Positions 35,716-47,727 of a DNA stretch of 64,000 nt are shown one piece after another (positions within the stretch are counted from its first letter, which is position 1; the number at the start of each line of letters is the position of its first letter). The DNA is taken from contig MU063057.1 in NCBI GenBank assembly GCA_013265495.1, positions 1,793,280 through 1,857,279 of the forward strand, read 5' to 3'. The notes below the pieces were generated by a model. That model ran no database searches. It was not told where the DNA came from and worked only from the letters and a program-made list of their open reading frames with translations. A program made the position numbers and the translations under genes. The stretch comes from Vicugna vicugna (Eukaryota).

Positions 35716-36627
35716 TCTAGAATTCGCTACGGAACCAGCATTTTGTAAAATTAAGTCTGAGCAGCTGTGTGTCCATGTTCCTGGACCTTGAAAGCCAACT
35801 CCCAGCCCAGGGCAGACAGAGCGCACTGGAGAAGTCAGCTAGTCTCAGACCAGTCACCTGGCGCACCAGACGGGCCCCTCCCGCCACTGGGGCCTTCAGC
35901 ACAAGGAGGGAGCTGTGAGGAGACGCTGACCGCCGCCGCCTCAGGGCACAAAGCCACCGAACCTGCCCAGCGCCCACTGCCCTGTCAAGGCCCCAACAGA
36001 CCGCAGCAGGGAGGAGACACACAAGCACTCAACACAGGGAATCAATGTCTTCTCCCATCAACGTGTTCCCGAGCCAGACCTCACTCGTCCACGTCAAGAA
36101 AGCTGGCAGTATGCTGGGCCTTGGTCGTGATGGAAAACTGTCTCTGGGGACAGCCCAAGGGCGGCTGGCAGGGCTGCGCTCAGGGGCTCTGCTCCCCAGT
36201 TCCGACCGTGGCGGGGCTGGCTCCTTCAGGCAGAAGGCACAGCGGCCGGCACGGCAGCGCTGTGTTTGTGCGGAGCAGGGGTCTCTACCACTCTGCTGGC
36301 ACGATCGGCTCTGCCGCTAAGTGCTCGGCGTGGCCAGACCCCCGGGAATGAGCCTCCTCGTGTTCAGTCGCCCCAAGCTGAGAGACCCCGAGTGCAGCAC
36401 AGTGAGCCCTGGTCCCTGAGAACATGTGAAACGAATCCCTGGGCGGGCCTCGCGCAGTGTCTGGCTCTCTGCTCGGACGCCTGCCGTCCCTCCCTCCCCG
36501 GTCCACGTCCTCCCAACGCCCCACAGCAGGCCCCACGAGTCTGGCCAAGGATGCCATGAGACCTAGGCCTGGGCGCCCTGAGCCACCCCGAGGCAGGGAG
36601 ACGCCTGGGCGGCCACCAGCCACATAC

Positions 36628-36747
36628 ATTGTCGTCATCCTCTACGGCCTCCCCGGTGAAGTAGAGCACAGCTCGAGGGACTATCCGCTCGCGAAAGAAG
36701 TGTCCGATCTCAAAGTCGGAGGCTAATGTGAATTCGGAATCTTCATC
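36628..36747 (-). CDS. NAP1L4: NAP1L4 exon DEDSEFTLASDFEIGHFFRERIVPRAVLYFTGEAVEDDDN
   Basis: 120 nt, CTCAG|GAT acceptor, AAT|GTATGT donor; NAP-family signature. Confidence 0.96.
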
Positions 36748-37122
36748 CTGAGGGGAGAACTGAACGTTAACTAGTCTCAGTCGGTAAACGTCACGCCCTC
36801 TCAGCCTCACTTCACCCGACCTCCAGTGACACGGCTGAGGAGCACTCCCCGCCTCCTGGCAGCACTGCCGAGTGACAGCCCTCTGCGAGGCGGGGCAGCG
36901 GTACCAGGACTGCCACACGGAGGGCAGGGCCCACACCTGCGGGGGGCCCGGGCTGAAGGACGCCCACAGAACATGTGCTTCCGTCCCACCCCGGGCCACA
37001 GGGGGCACCAGCCAGCCCAGGAGTCTAGGGAGGAGGAGCAGACTGGAAAGCAAGCAGCAGATGGCTCAGGAAATGAAGGCTTCAACAGCAAAACGAAGTC
37101 TGTGATGACGACACAAGCTTAC

Positions 37123-37145
37123 CAGGGACTCTCCGTCTCCTGATG
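37123..37145 (-). CDS. NAP1L4: NAP1L4 23-nt microexon (A)SGDGESL
   Basis: TTTTTTTCTAG|CATCAGGAGACGGAGAGTCCCTG|GTAAG; keeps the frame between flanking exons. Confidence 0.9.
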
Positions 37146-37489
37146 CTAGAAAAAAACCAGAAGACAGACGTTACGCTGGCAACCAAAACCTCTTAACAGC
37201 CCACACCAGAAGCTCAGCTGAGATAAACCGGGTATGTAACAACCCGAGGTTTCCAGTGGGAGTCGCCCGAGCTTCGTACCTCTCCACTGCCCCCCACTCC
37301 AGGGCCCGCAGGCCCGGCTGGCGAAGGCCGCTCTAAGGAAAGGACTCACAAAAGCTTCAAGTATTAACAGAGGGAAAGGTGCACCGAGTGCCCCAGACTG
37401 TGGGTTTTTCAGGGGATCTGTGTTTTAAGTGGAGTTTTAACTCATGTCCTGTGCACATGATGATCCAGTAGAGGAAAAGGAAAATCTCG

Positions 37490-37580
37490 TTGGTTTGTTT
37501 TTAACCGGAGGTACTGGGGAGGGAGCCCGGGGCCTCATGTGTGCGGCGCATGCGCTCCGCCACTGAGCTCCACCCTCCCC
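37490..37580 (-). mobile_element. Camelid tRNA-derived SINE, GC-shifted copy
   Basis: GGGGAGGGTGGAGCTCAGTGG...CCCCAGTACCTCC on the minus strand; B box degraded. Confidence 0.75.
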
Positions 37581-39361
37581 TCAAGAGGAAGCTCTGTAAG
37601 CCTCATAAGACCTGGGTGTGAGTGACTTGCGGCATCTCAGCTTGGCTGAAACTGCACCTCTGCTTGTTGGCAAAGGAAAGAGAGAATGGTGCTGATGCAC
37701 TCCTCCACAGAATGAGAACCCCCCGGGCAGGACGCTGCTGCTCACAGTCAGGGAGACTTACTTTCCACACACACGGCCACACAGACCTGGGTGCTGAAGT
37801 AGGGCCCAGCCTGGAACCAGGTGTGACAGGAAAGAGACCGAACACCAAGCTCAGGGAAGCCCAGTGGCGCTTGAGCTCAGAACCCCAACCTCCACCGGAA
37901 GTGGAGCCCCAGCTGGGCTCAGCCCGGCCTGTCTACCCTCTCGTGAGCCCCTGTGATGGAGGCCTGTCCCCGGGGAGCCAGCGCAGAGAGGCAGCACTGG
38001 CCGATCACGAGGACACTGAGTGCTGGGCGTGGGCGCCCCTGCTCCACAGGCTGCTCAAGACGCCGGCTCGGCGGCTCTGGCCTGGCAGCCAGCAATCAGC
38101 CCCCAGACCTTCTTCATTTGACTGCTGGACTGGACTGGTTTTGCAGGATTAAAGACTGCAGGGCGCTGGACTAGCCATCCCGTTACATCCGTTTCATCAA
38201 TTTTGATTTTCCCCCAGACTACCCCTCCCCCACTGTCACCCTCCATCACGGAGCCAGGCTTGACGTCGTGTTTACGTGATCACTCTGCAAGCAGCTACGC
38301 TGAGGCATCATCGACATGCCATACAATTCACCTCCAAGCAGTCACCAGTGACTTCGGGTGCCTTTCTAGAGCTGATTGTGCAGCCACGGCAGGTCAGTTT
38401 TAGATTCCCCAAAATCACCTCCTAAATCCGCTTGAATTCACTTGATTCCATTTCAGTTTTATTACTTATTTAAGACTTCCAACAAAGCCACCGAACTTAG
38501 GACTCAAAGCTCCTCTGCTTCACGGAGAATGCACACCGGTAACATCCAACGTGCCGACGTGAGGCTCCAAAAGGGATATTCCCCAAAAAGGGTATTTCAG
38601 AACTAAATTTATGACCGTTCTTATGCCCAAACGAATACACACTTGTACCCTCTAGGTTCAAAGACAAATCACAGAAAACAGTCACCTCAGTAAAAACCAG
38701 TGGACTGAGAGCTGAAGGGCAGCCTGGCAACACGGCACAAGGGCCAGACTCCCGGGTGAAGCCACCCTGTGACCCCAGGACCAACAGCCCAAAGGTTCCT
38801 ACGGCAGTTACCTATGGCAGAGCCAGCATTTCTTTATTTCAAACTGTATTTTGCTCGTGGAAAATAAAGAGAAAAAGGTTTTTCCTCATTTCTGTATTTC
38901 AGCACTGCCAGCTGGGCTGGCCCCCAAGCCCTCGAGGTCAGGAGACGACGTGAGGGCTCCGAGCAGCTTCCCTCCAATCCAGGGGCTCAGCCTCTCCTGG
39001 CGTGAAGCCCCAGCTCTACTTCACTGGGGGAGGGGGTTCCCAGCTGTGACTCTGCCCAAAGTCTGCGTCTGTCACAAGCTATAGATTCCCAAACCCCTGA
39101 AGCTCTGTATCCAGGCATGCAGGAACACAAAGAAACAATCTGAGAAAGAGAGGGGTGGGCAGATGATCTGAAAGCGGAGCCCACGTGACCAGAGCCCCAA
39201 CCCGCCATCCACAAGCCTGTGTCCCTGCACCCCTGCTGCCGGCACAGCCGCTGCCCCTTTACCGCCACGCTGGCCTGAGGACCGGGACCCAACCTCCTGA
39301 GGGTACTTGTCATTCTATGTGAGTGTGCAGCCAGGAGTCACCCAACGCCCAGCCAGCTCAC

Positions 39362-39507
39362 CTTTCAGAGGACTGAAGAAGTTGAAAAAAGAATCGTTGG
39401 GGACTTGTTTGGTGATTGTTCTGACGGTGCCTCGACCCTTGTGTTTCTGCTTTTTCTTGATGGTTTTGACTGTCACGTTCTTCCCCTTCTTCCAGTCAAT
39501 AGTGCAC
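39362..39507 (-). CDS. NAP1L4: NAP1L4 exon CTIDWKKGKNVTVKTIKKKQKHKGRGTVRTITKQVPNDSFFNFFSPLK (contains basic NLS)
   Basis: 146 nt, TGTAG|G acceptor, AAG|GTGAGC donor. Confidence 0.96.
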
Positions 39508-40810
39508 CTACAGGGACAAGACCACAGTCATGAGGACACACTCCATGAGAAAAACCGGTTCATGTGTGCACAGAAAGCCAATCACAGCTCTCTGCTTAAA
39601 CTGCAAAACTTAACAGCCTGCAAGTAAGCGTCCCACATGCCTGCAAAGCCCCTTTGGAGGTCGGTGAAGGAGGGGCACACGGCCCTGGGCCACAGGCAAA
39701 GCTTTATGCCCCTGCAAGTCACTTCTGGCGGGGGGGGGGGGGTGTGATGATCCTGCTGTGGCCGTGCCTGGTCCAGGCCGGGCAGAGGGCCCAGTGTGAG
39801 GCTCTCGGGCTGGTCACCTGCTGCCCCTGACAGACCCCAACAGACCCCACAGTGCACATGAAGCCACCCACTCAGGGAGCCGAATTCACAAGGCAACTAA
39901 GTGAGGGAGACAGGTTGGAGAAAGCAAACAGGCGGCCACTGCTATACTGATGGCCACTGTGGGCCACACCGGTTCCGGGAGTGCTGGGCGGTCCCCGACT
40001 GGGCTGAGCACGGACGGCTGCTTAACTCTTTGAACCACCGTGGACCAACAGGTGGCACCTGGCGGTATCTGACTAGCGTCCTCCTGAGAGCACACTGGAA
40101 AGCCAGGTCGCCGTCTCACAGGGTGGCCTGGCCCAGGGAAGTGACCTTTCTAAATGAGTCCAGCTATTCGAGTCTAGTAGGATTTGAATAAAGTTCTGTG
40201 TTGCTCAAACAGGGAAGTTCATAAGGGTAAGTGCTGGGCTCAGTGAATGAAGGTAACTGTTTCAATGAGGAATAGAACAATTTCCCAAAACATCCCAAAC
40301 CAACTAGAGGAATGAACTCCAAGCCATCCTCTCCTCTGAATGAGTCCATACTGAAATCGCCAAGTTGCCTGGTCATGAGGCAAACAACAGTTAAACTGCC
40401 CACCAACACCAAGAGCAAGCAGCTGAGCAGCACAGCCCGGTACTGACTCAGCCGTTCACTCGACACACGGTTGCGGGAGGAATCTATTAGCTCGCTGGGC
40501 ACTGCTTCATTTCAGGGGACCAGAAAACCCACGCCCCTCATTAAAGTGCGGAAACTGGGCCACTGCCCCAAACCGTGGCCCACATACCACAAAGTACATT
40601 TCCCATGAGGCCATCACATGCCCAGACAGGAAGACTCTTTCTTTCTTTTTTTTTTCTAGGAAGACTATTTCTTGCACATTTTTGTCTAGTGGGCTTTTCA
40701 GCAGATTAAAGGCTTTTTGCTTTATTCCTAACTTCTGCCTTACTTGTAAAGTTCTAAAACCATCTCGGGCTTTTGTTTCAGAGAAAGAAGTGGGAACAGC
40801 ATTTTCTTAC

Positions 40811-40950
40811 CCGTCACAGTCCACAATCTCAGGCCCTTCAAAGGAAAAGGGGTCGGCCTTGTCCGGCTCTGACTTCATCTTGTATGTTTTTGTCAGGACT
40901 GAATTGGTAAAGTAGTCATTGGGTTCGAAGTGGAACTCTAATACAAAAGA
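40811..40950 (-). CDS. NAP1L4: NAP1L4 exon SFVLEFHFEPNDYFTNSVLTKTYKMKSEPDKADPFSFEGPEIVDCDG
   Basis: 140 nt, TTTTCAG|TCT acceptor, CGG|GTAAG donor. Confidence 0.96.
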
Positions 40951-41874
40951 CTGAAAACAAAAACTTGGGGTGAGCACCACACAAAATCTATAAACTACAG
41001 ACTTCATGAACCGCCCAGAACTTACTGGAACCCAGCCCCCTTCCCAAGCAGGACACCACAGGCAGGAACCATCACCGAGAAGCTCACAGGTGTGGCCACG
41101 TCACCAGAAAAACGTCTCTGCTGCAAAAACACCAGCCCAAAGGTAAGACAGAAACGGCATCGGGGGAAATACCAGCCACCCCTCAGGCGCAAGCGGGGGC
41201 TCCCTGGGGGGGACGAGCTCTTCTGCGGGATCCAGCTTCTCGCCGCCGCCGCCCTGCCCCTCCCTGCCCGCGGCCACGGTAGGACGGGGCTCCGGAGGCA
41301 GAGAGGGCAGAAGCAGCGCAGTCTTCCGCCGCCAGAGGCCCCGAGACGCAGGCAGAACATCTGCTTTGCCGGCAAAGCGCAAGACTCAACGTGGGGGGGA
41401 AGAGGAGGCACGGACTGGGCCTCTTCAAACACCCCGAGGACAAGCCCACCCTCACTCAGAGCGCCCTGCAGACCTAGGGACACGCAAGGGGGACGGGAGG
41501 GGCGCTGCACAAAGCAGCGGGTGCAAGCCAGACGGCAGCAGAAAGACGCCCATGCTCACGAGGAACAAAGCAAACGAAAAACAAAACGAGAAGCCCCCCT
41601 TCTGGGCAAAATGTCCAGAGACCGTGTAGTGCTGGTACGGGTTTCTGGGAAGCAAGGTGCACTCACACACTGCAGAGGGCTTTGTGAAGGGCAATTCAGC
41701 AACGCCAAAAATGAACAATGCAAATGACGTCCCGGGACTCGGTAATTCTACTCTGAGGAACCCGTCCTGTTTGCAAAGGACGCCTGGACGGACGCAGCCA
41801 CTTATGCAAAGACACCCACCTCGGCCCTGTTTATAAAGGATCAGAGACAACCTGGGCGTGCGAATTAGTCTACA

Positions 41875-42035
41875 CGGCCGGCTCTGGGTTCAGACAGCCT
41901 GGATTCAAATCCCACCTCTGCCCGTTGGTGCTGCGTGATTCTGCAAAGTTATTTAGTATGTTAAAGTGTGTTATATATAAAGTGTATAAAATATACGAAG
42001 TGTGTTAGTATCCTTGTCTGCAAAATGGAATAAAA
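41875..42035 (+). mobile_element. MIR fragment with an AT-rich simple insert
   Basis: CAGACAGCCTGGATTCAAATCCCACCTCTG...TCTGCAAAATGGAATAA. Confidence 0.65.
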
Positions 42036-42504
42036 GTTCTCTCTCTGAGCCGACTGGAGAACTCCTCTACAGGAGCACTGAGGGCAGGGCCAGGCCCACA
42101 GGCAACGCCTGCTGGAAGTCGGCTATTTTGTTATAATGACACAACTATCACTTGGGGAAAAAAGTTAAAAAGACTGAAAACAAACCATGTTCACAAGGGA
42201 AGTGAAAAAAGAACTCTCCCAAGAAGGGGTGGAGGGAGGAAGGGCCAGTCACAGGAGGGCAGGGGATTGGGGCAGTCCAGTCAGTGTCCAGAGGGGCCGG
42301 AGCAGCCGGCTGTGGCCTGGCCTCTGCCGGGGTGGCGCGGCTGGGGAGGGGGTGAGCAGCTACGGGGAACAACATCAGCAGGCCCGGCTCCACGCCTCTC
42401 CCGACCCTGACCCCAGCCCCCTTCCAAACCTGATCTTTATGTTGGGTTTGAGAAAAACCAGGGTAAAGACGGAAGGCAAGGAGGCCGCCAATGTAGAGGC
42501 TGAT

Positions 42505-42648
42505 GGGGGGAGGGTGTAGCTCAGTGGTAGAGCACGTGCTTACCACACACGAGGTCCTGGGTTCAATCCCAGGTAGGTAAATAAACCTAATTACGCCCCC
42601 AAAATAATTATAAAACAAATAAGATTTTAAAAATAAATTTTAAAAAAA
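42505..42648 (+). mobile_element. Camelid tRNA-derived SINE, long form with AAACCTAATTAC segment
   Basis: GGGGAGGGTGTAGCTCAGTGGTAGAGC...GGGTTCAATCCC plus A-rich tail. Confidence 0.88.
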
Positions 42649-44146
42649 GCTTAACAGTTGGAGACTGCTTCGTTTGGGAGCGGCCCGGGACTGTGGCCGC
42701 AGGTGTGCGCGGGCAGCCTGGGGCTGCTCCGACCGTCCTCCCTTACTACCCCACCTTCTGTACAGACGGAGCTCTCCGCTTCCCCTCCTCCCCGTTTCCT
42801 CACCTGCCATCTCCCCAGAGCAAGGGCGCTACCGCCTTCCTTCGTAGTCTCCTTTCTTTCCTGTCCCTCCGAGCCCTGTTTAGTCACCAGTAAGCCAAGC
42901 ACAAGTGGGGCTGATTTAAAGACAGCATTTACTCCAACAGAAAAGGGCCAAGTTCAAGCGACCTTGCCTACAGCCAAGTCGGCCGTGAGCAGAGGGCAGA
43001 CGCCCAAACACACGCGGAGCTAAGGGTAAAATTCCATCTCTTCTGTCCCGCAAAGTGACACACTTGCCACTGTCTGTGCCAGCACTCAGGCTGAGGAGAC
43101 CAGGAGGCGGTCTCCAGCCAGCAACGCCCATGGGGCAAAGCAGGCAACTCAAGTCTGGGGCCTCTGCAGCTCTGCTCTAAGCGCGACAGAAAAGAAAGTG
43201 TAAAGAAAACACTAACATCATCAGAAAGTAAACCGAACACTGGCTAGGCCTTACAACATTCGTCTCCTTTGACCCAGCAATCACACTCAAAGGAACCTAA
43301 CTGAGGAAACCACCAGAAATTCAAACAAAAGCCTGGGGTTCAAGTAAGCCGATCATAATGCATCGATTTAGAACGGGGTGGTGGCGGTAGTGGCACATCT
43401 GGGGGGATGTTAAATAGATCTGTTTACAGCCAACAGATACGACAGCTCCTGCCCACCCCACGGTCTGCAGGGCAAGGAAGGAGCAGCGTCACGCTGCCCA
43501 CAGGCCCTCACGCTGTCACTCCACTGTGCTAAGGCGATGAGCACGGTGAGCTGGGGGTGGCCACGGGGCCGGGGCTGAGGGACGACCACCCCGGCAGTGT
43601 TTCATCCGGAAGCTAGGTGGCTTCCTTTCATTTTCTTTGTAACTTTAATGCCTCAGCTGTTTCACAGTAACCTGTAAAAGGGTGGACTGTGGGGAAGCTC
43701 ACTGAGCCGCTGGTAGTCACTTCCAGAAGACAGAGGTCTGCACAGTGCTCAGCACACTTCTCCGTCTTGTCCCAGCCTTCTTACAGGAAGCACACACGAC
43801 TTTTACAGTGTGCGCGGGGAAGCAGCAGGAACACCAGACTGGCTCAGAGTCTGGAGCCTTCCGCAGCTGGGGCTCCACCCACCTACGAGCCACTGAACAA
43901 GACGAGGGGAACCGGCACAGGCTGGGAGGGAAAGGAAGCGGGCCGAGGGGATCCAAACAGGTGTCCGACAAGAGCAAACGAAGGGGAAAAGGAAACGATC
44001 CCTAGGGAGAAATTGGTCATCAAGTCTGGGTCAGCCACAGGTGAGGAAAACGCACAGAGACTCTTAGAACAGCGCCCGCGCGCACAGCCCGATGGGGAAA
44101 GCCAAGACACCCCATCACAGCAAAGGCAGCGCACTGCCGCGAGGTG

Positions 44147-44160
44147 CCGCCAGGGGGCGC
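44147..44160 (+). promoter_or_regulatory. CTCF consensus motif CCGCCAGGGGGCGC
   Basis: Near-perfect match to the CTCF core in a local CpG-rich patch; binding not shown. Confidence 0.55.
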
Positions 44161-44515
44161 ACCGGCCAAGCCCTGCACAGCGAGGGGCGCATGTGGGAGA
44201 AGCAGCTAGGAACAACCTGGGTGCCGCGGGAAAGAGGGGCCCCTCAGCTACCAGAGTGGCCCCAACCTGTGAGCAGGCACCACGCTGGCCGGTGCCCGTG
44301 CCCCACCCGCAGAGGGATAGCTGAATGCCACCTCCCAAAGTAGAGCAGACTCAGACAGGGACAGGGACAGGGGTGTGGCCCCTGCTCCTGCCCCCAGCAG
44401 GAACCACCTGCAGCACCAGGAGAGAGAAATCCCACTCACACTGCTCTGCAGGGAAGGAACCACGCCCAGGTTCCCGTCTCCCATCCCAAGATCCCAAAGT
44501 TACAGCCCTCAGGCA

Positions 44516-44638
44516 CTGTGTCCCCACGAGCTGAGACTGAGAGCCACCAGTCAGTCAGTCATGTGCCGCTGGAACTACTGTCGCACCGGAATGGAACCCA
44601 CCAGCCACAGGCAGACCAGCAGGTCACGAACAGTGCAT
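44516..44638 (-). ncRNA. SNORA54: SNORA54 (ACA54) box H/ACA snoRNA, intronic in NAP1L4; guide for 28S rRNA pseudouridylation (U3801 in human)
   Basis: 123 nt; GCACTGTTCGT...GGGTTCCATTCCGGTGC hairpin, H box ACAGTA, ATGACTGACTGACTGGTGGCT core, ACA box 3 nt from the 3' end; host gene and strand as in human. Confidence 0.9.
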
Positions 44639-45230
44639 GCCACCCAGGTCCAGCTCTCCTACTGCAGCCACTGAGACTGAGCTGCACGCCGTGGGACGTG
44701 CTCTGCAACGCTGTGTCTCATGACAGCAGGGAAACGTTTTCCCAGCGTTAACGACCTGCAGCTGCTTCTACAACTGAACCCTAGCGGGCTTCTTTCACTA
44801 GCACCTTGGGCTTCCGTCACAGGCTGCTTCTATCTGAGTCCACACCTACCACCCTCCCCTGCCTGTTCTGTATACCTCAGATCCTCACAGACCTGGGACA
44901 CTGAGGAAAAGGATGACACCACCCTGCTCGACCGAGGAAACAAATCAGCTTGGAGAGAGGGCGTGGCACAGCGGACACCTCGGCTGAGGAGTCCCACCCT
45001 GTGTCTGCCGCCTGCACCTGCCACCCAGCAGCTGGTGGCCTGGGTTACCTGTCAGGCTGTGCACATGCTGGGCGAGGCCCAGAAAGGCCATCTGAGAGTA
45101 AGCGTCGCATCCAAGTCGCCCAACAAGAGAGTGGCCGGGTTTGGATTTCCTGCCCTGGCTCCAAGCCCTTTGCCCTCAGTGCCCCAATCCCTTCTCATAC
45201 CAACCAGGAGTTCAAACCATCAGGACTCAC

Positions 45231-45302
45231 CATAGGCTGTCCAGGCTCTGAGAACTTCACCTTGATATCCTGCAGGTGTTTCAAGATTGGCTCATCATAT
45301 TC
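45231..45302 (-). CDS. NAP1L4: NAP1L4 exon EYDEPILKHLQDIKVKFSEPGQPM
   Basis: 72 nt, TTCAG|GAA acceptor, ATG|GTGAGT donor. Confidence 0.95.
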
Positions 45303-46064
45303 CTGAACATAAAGAGAAAAAAGAAACCTCCAGTGGGCTTTCTAAAAACAGCACACACGTTCTCATCAAGTGGCTGCTGCGTGTACTCCAAGACACCGGA
45401 GAGTCAGCCCCGTTGGAATCCTGTCCTCGCCACTCCCGGGAAGTCACCCAAGTTTGTCCACCGCCGTCCAGTCGTAGGCTGGCAGCAACGAGGTGCCACG
45501 CTGTACGGCACGGAGCACTGGTAACATCAGTGCCACGCAGGAAGGCCAAGGGCCCTGCCTGCCCTCACGCCAGCGCCACTGCACACGGGGTCAGAAATGC
45601 CACCAACCTAGACCGGTGGTCCTCAGCACCTCTGAAGGGACAGCATCAGAGGACATGCCTAGACAAGCTACTGACCTTGGCAGCCAAGCCATTCCTGCTC
45701 ATGGCACGTGGCAATAAATATCCAAAATCCAACACACATAGTTACTCACAGTCAGGGCCACTTACAGGGGTGTCCGAGACCTCAGTGGCAGGCATTCTGT
45801 AGGGGCCCTATGCTTTTACATATCGTCATCACACAAATTCAGAAGTTTGCCAGGGCCTGTCATTTGTAAAGTCCAAATGAGAAAAATTCGGGGGGAAAAA
45901 GAAATCACAAGACCGGAAGCCGGTGACCGCTTACTAACGATGACTGCTTCATCCGTAAAGTAGTTACTTCTCTGCCCTTGAAGTCTGGGGCTGGACCTAA
46001 TGATTTCCGTTACGGTCTAAGAACCGAGTCTGATCACCACCAACTTTAAATTCCTTGGACATTA

Positions 46065-46450
46065 CAGGCACACCTCGCTCTATCGTGCTTCACAAATACA
46101 TAAATACAAATACATATATATTTTTTTCTCCCAAATTGAAGGTTTGTGGAAACTCTCTTGTCAGATGAAGGTTAGCACTCTCCAGCAATAAAGTGCTTTT
46201 ACGTTAAGGAATGCACAGTGACACGCTACCGTACACTTCAGTACAAAAGCCAGAAACGCGACACAGCAGAACAAAATGTAAGGTACACGCACCGTCTTTC
46301 AGACATGTTACCGCACACTTACGAGGTTTAAGTGTGCACGCAGCTTGCACGTACCCTGGGAAACCAAACCCTCGTGTGGCTCACTTTCATGCTACATCTG
46401 CTTCCCTGCAGCGGTCCGAACCAAAGCCACGCCTCCCCGCGGTGTGCCCA
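46065..46450 (-). mobile_element. Second internally deleted Tigger1-type element, strongly diverged
   Basis: TA then CAGGCACACCTCG; CAAATTGAAGGTTTGTGG and TCAGATGAAGGTTAGCA...GCAATAAAG cores; GGGAAACCAAA near the other end. Confidence 0.75.
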
Positions 46451-47414
46451 TCTAGCACAAAACAAGCAGCAGCCCCAAAGGCACCCAGCAGGGCTCCAGA
46501 CGGAAAGCAGCCCAGACGGTTCTCAAAGAAGGCCGCATCAGTATGAGGCGTCAGGTCCCAAACTCCAGAACCAGGAACCACTTGGCCCTAAGGCTGCAGC
46601 CTGCCTACCTGGCACACACGGCTAGTTCTTAACGCTCCAAGATGCACGTGTCACTGTATGCATTCCATACGTGGCACAGGGATCTTCAAACTCAGCCCAG
46701 GAAAACCAGCAGCACCCATTGGTGTTTTCCCAAATTCATGAAATAACCATCATGTTCTTAATTTCCTCAACGAGCCATGTACCGTGCGGGCCAAGAACTT
46801 TCTGTGGCCCAGAGCATAATGGAAAGCCCTAGGTTAGCAGACTCATAACTATGGACCCTAAGGGCCAACAGTGGAAGCAACTCAGGGACTGAGACTTAAA
46901 GCTGCCCCTTCCCCAAGTTTCAAAGCCTTACTTGTGGAGTCTGCACTTTGGCCGCCCCCAGACAGAGGAGCCAGGGGCCAGGGGCCGGGGGCCGGGCCTG
47001 TCTTCAGGACCTAACGTTTGACCAGCAGGGAACCTCCCACCATTACCTGCTTCAGGCTATAAACAGCCTGAGCCACACTTCATCACCCTCTGCACACTGA
47101 GGGAGTTCTCGGAAAACACCACCCTGTCTTTTCAGAGCCGTAACACAAAGCGGAGGGAGACGCTCTGCGGCATAAATACTGAAGTGCAGACATGGACACA
47201 GAGGTGCTGGGAGAACGGAGCAGACACCTCATCAAAACACAGCCACCTGTGCTGCCACCCCCAAGCCAAGGACAGGCTACACACAAAGCAGCTGCTCTCA
47301 TCACTGGCTCCCACCTGACCAGCTGGCCACGCAGCACCAGAGTCGGGTCACCCAGTCAAGTCACCTGACCAGCACCGAAAAACCGACTTCATGGCAATCC
47401 TGCCGCCACTCAGT

Positions 47415-47727
47415 GTGCCCCCGACCTGCAGCAGGGCCATCACCTGGGGGCACATCAGAAATGCAGACCCTCAGGTCCCACCAAGACCTGATTCAGAACC
47501 TGCATTTTCATGGGATGCCCAGGTGCTGGGTACACCCATGACAGTTCCATCCCTCTCTCCGTCTGCTCTGCTAGTGGGGGGATTTTCAACCCTTAGTGCA
47601 CGTCAGAAACACGCGGGAGCCTCTCCAAACACGGCGAGCTCTTTCTGACGTGCGGCAGGGGAGACACTGACGCTACTCAGTTTTAGAAGCTGCCCAGGTG
47701 ATTCTCACAGTCAGGCTGAGAACCAGG
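47415..47727. mobile_element. MER5A/B (hAT-Charlie) fragments
   Basis: ATCACCTGGG...AGAAATGCAGACCCTCAGGTCCCAC...AGAACCTGCATTTT and CCCAGGTGATTCT...GGCTGAGAACCA. Confidence 0.7.

Noticed and set aside
36364-37053. 229-aa minus-strand ORF as a separate gene
   Set aside because: Only its central 40 codons (DEDSEF...DDDN) are a NAP1L4 exon; the rest is open intron sequence.
39730-39742. G13 homopolymer as a regulatory G4
   Set aside because: Isolated single run whose length is unreliable in assemblies.
40164-40502. 112-aa ORF with a hydrophobic TM-like stretch in a NAP1L4 intron
   Set aside because: No promoter, no convincing splice context and no family resemblance; probably chance.
42505-42575. 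tRNA gene (also at 9200, 11520, 37540, 56510)
   Set aside because: A and B boxes are present but there is no cloverleaf acceptor stem, and A-rich tails and a TSD show these are SINEs.
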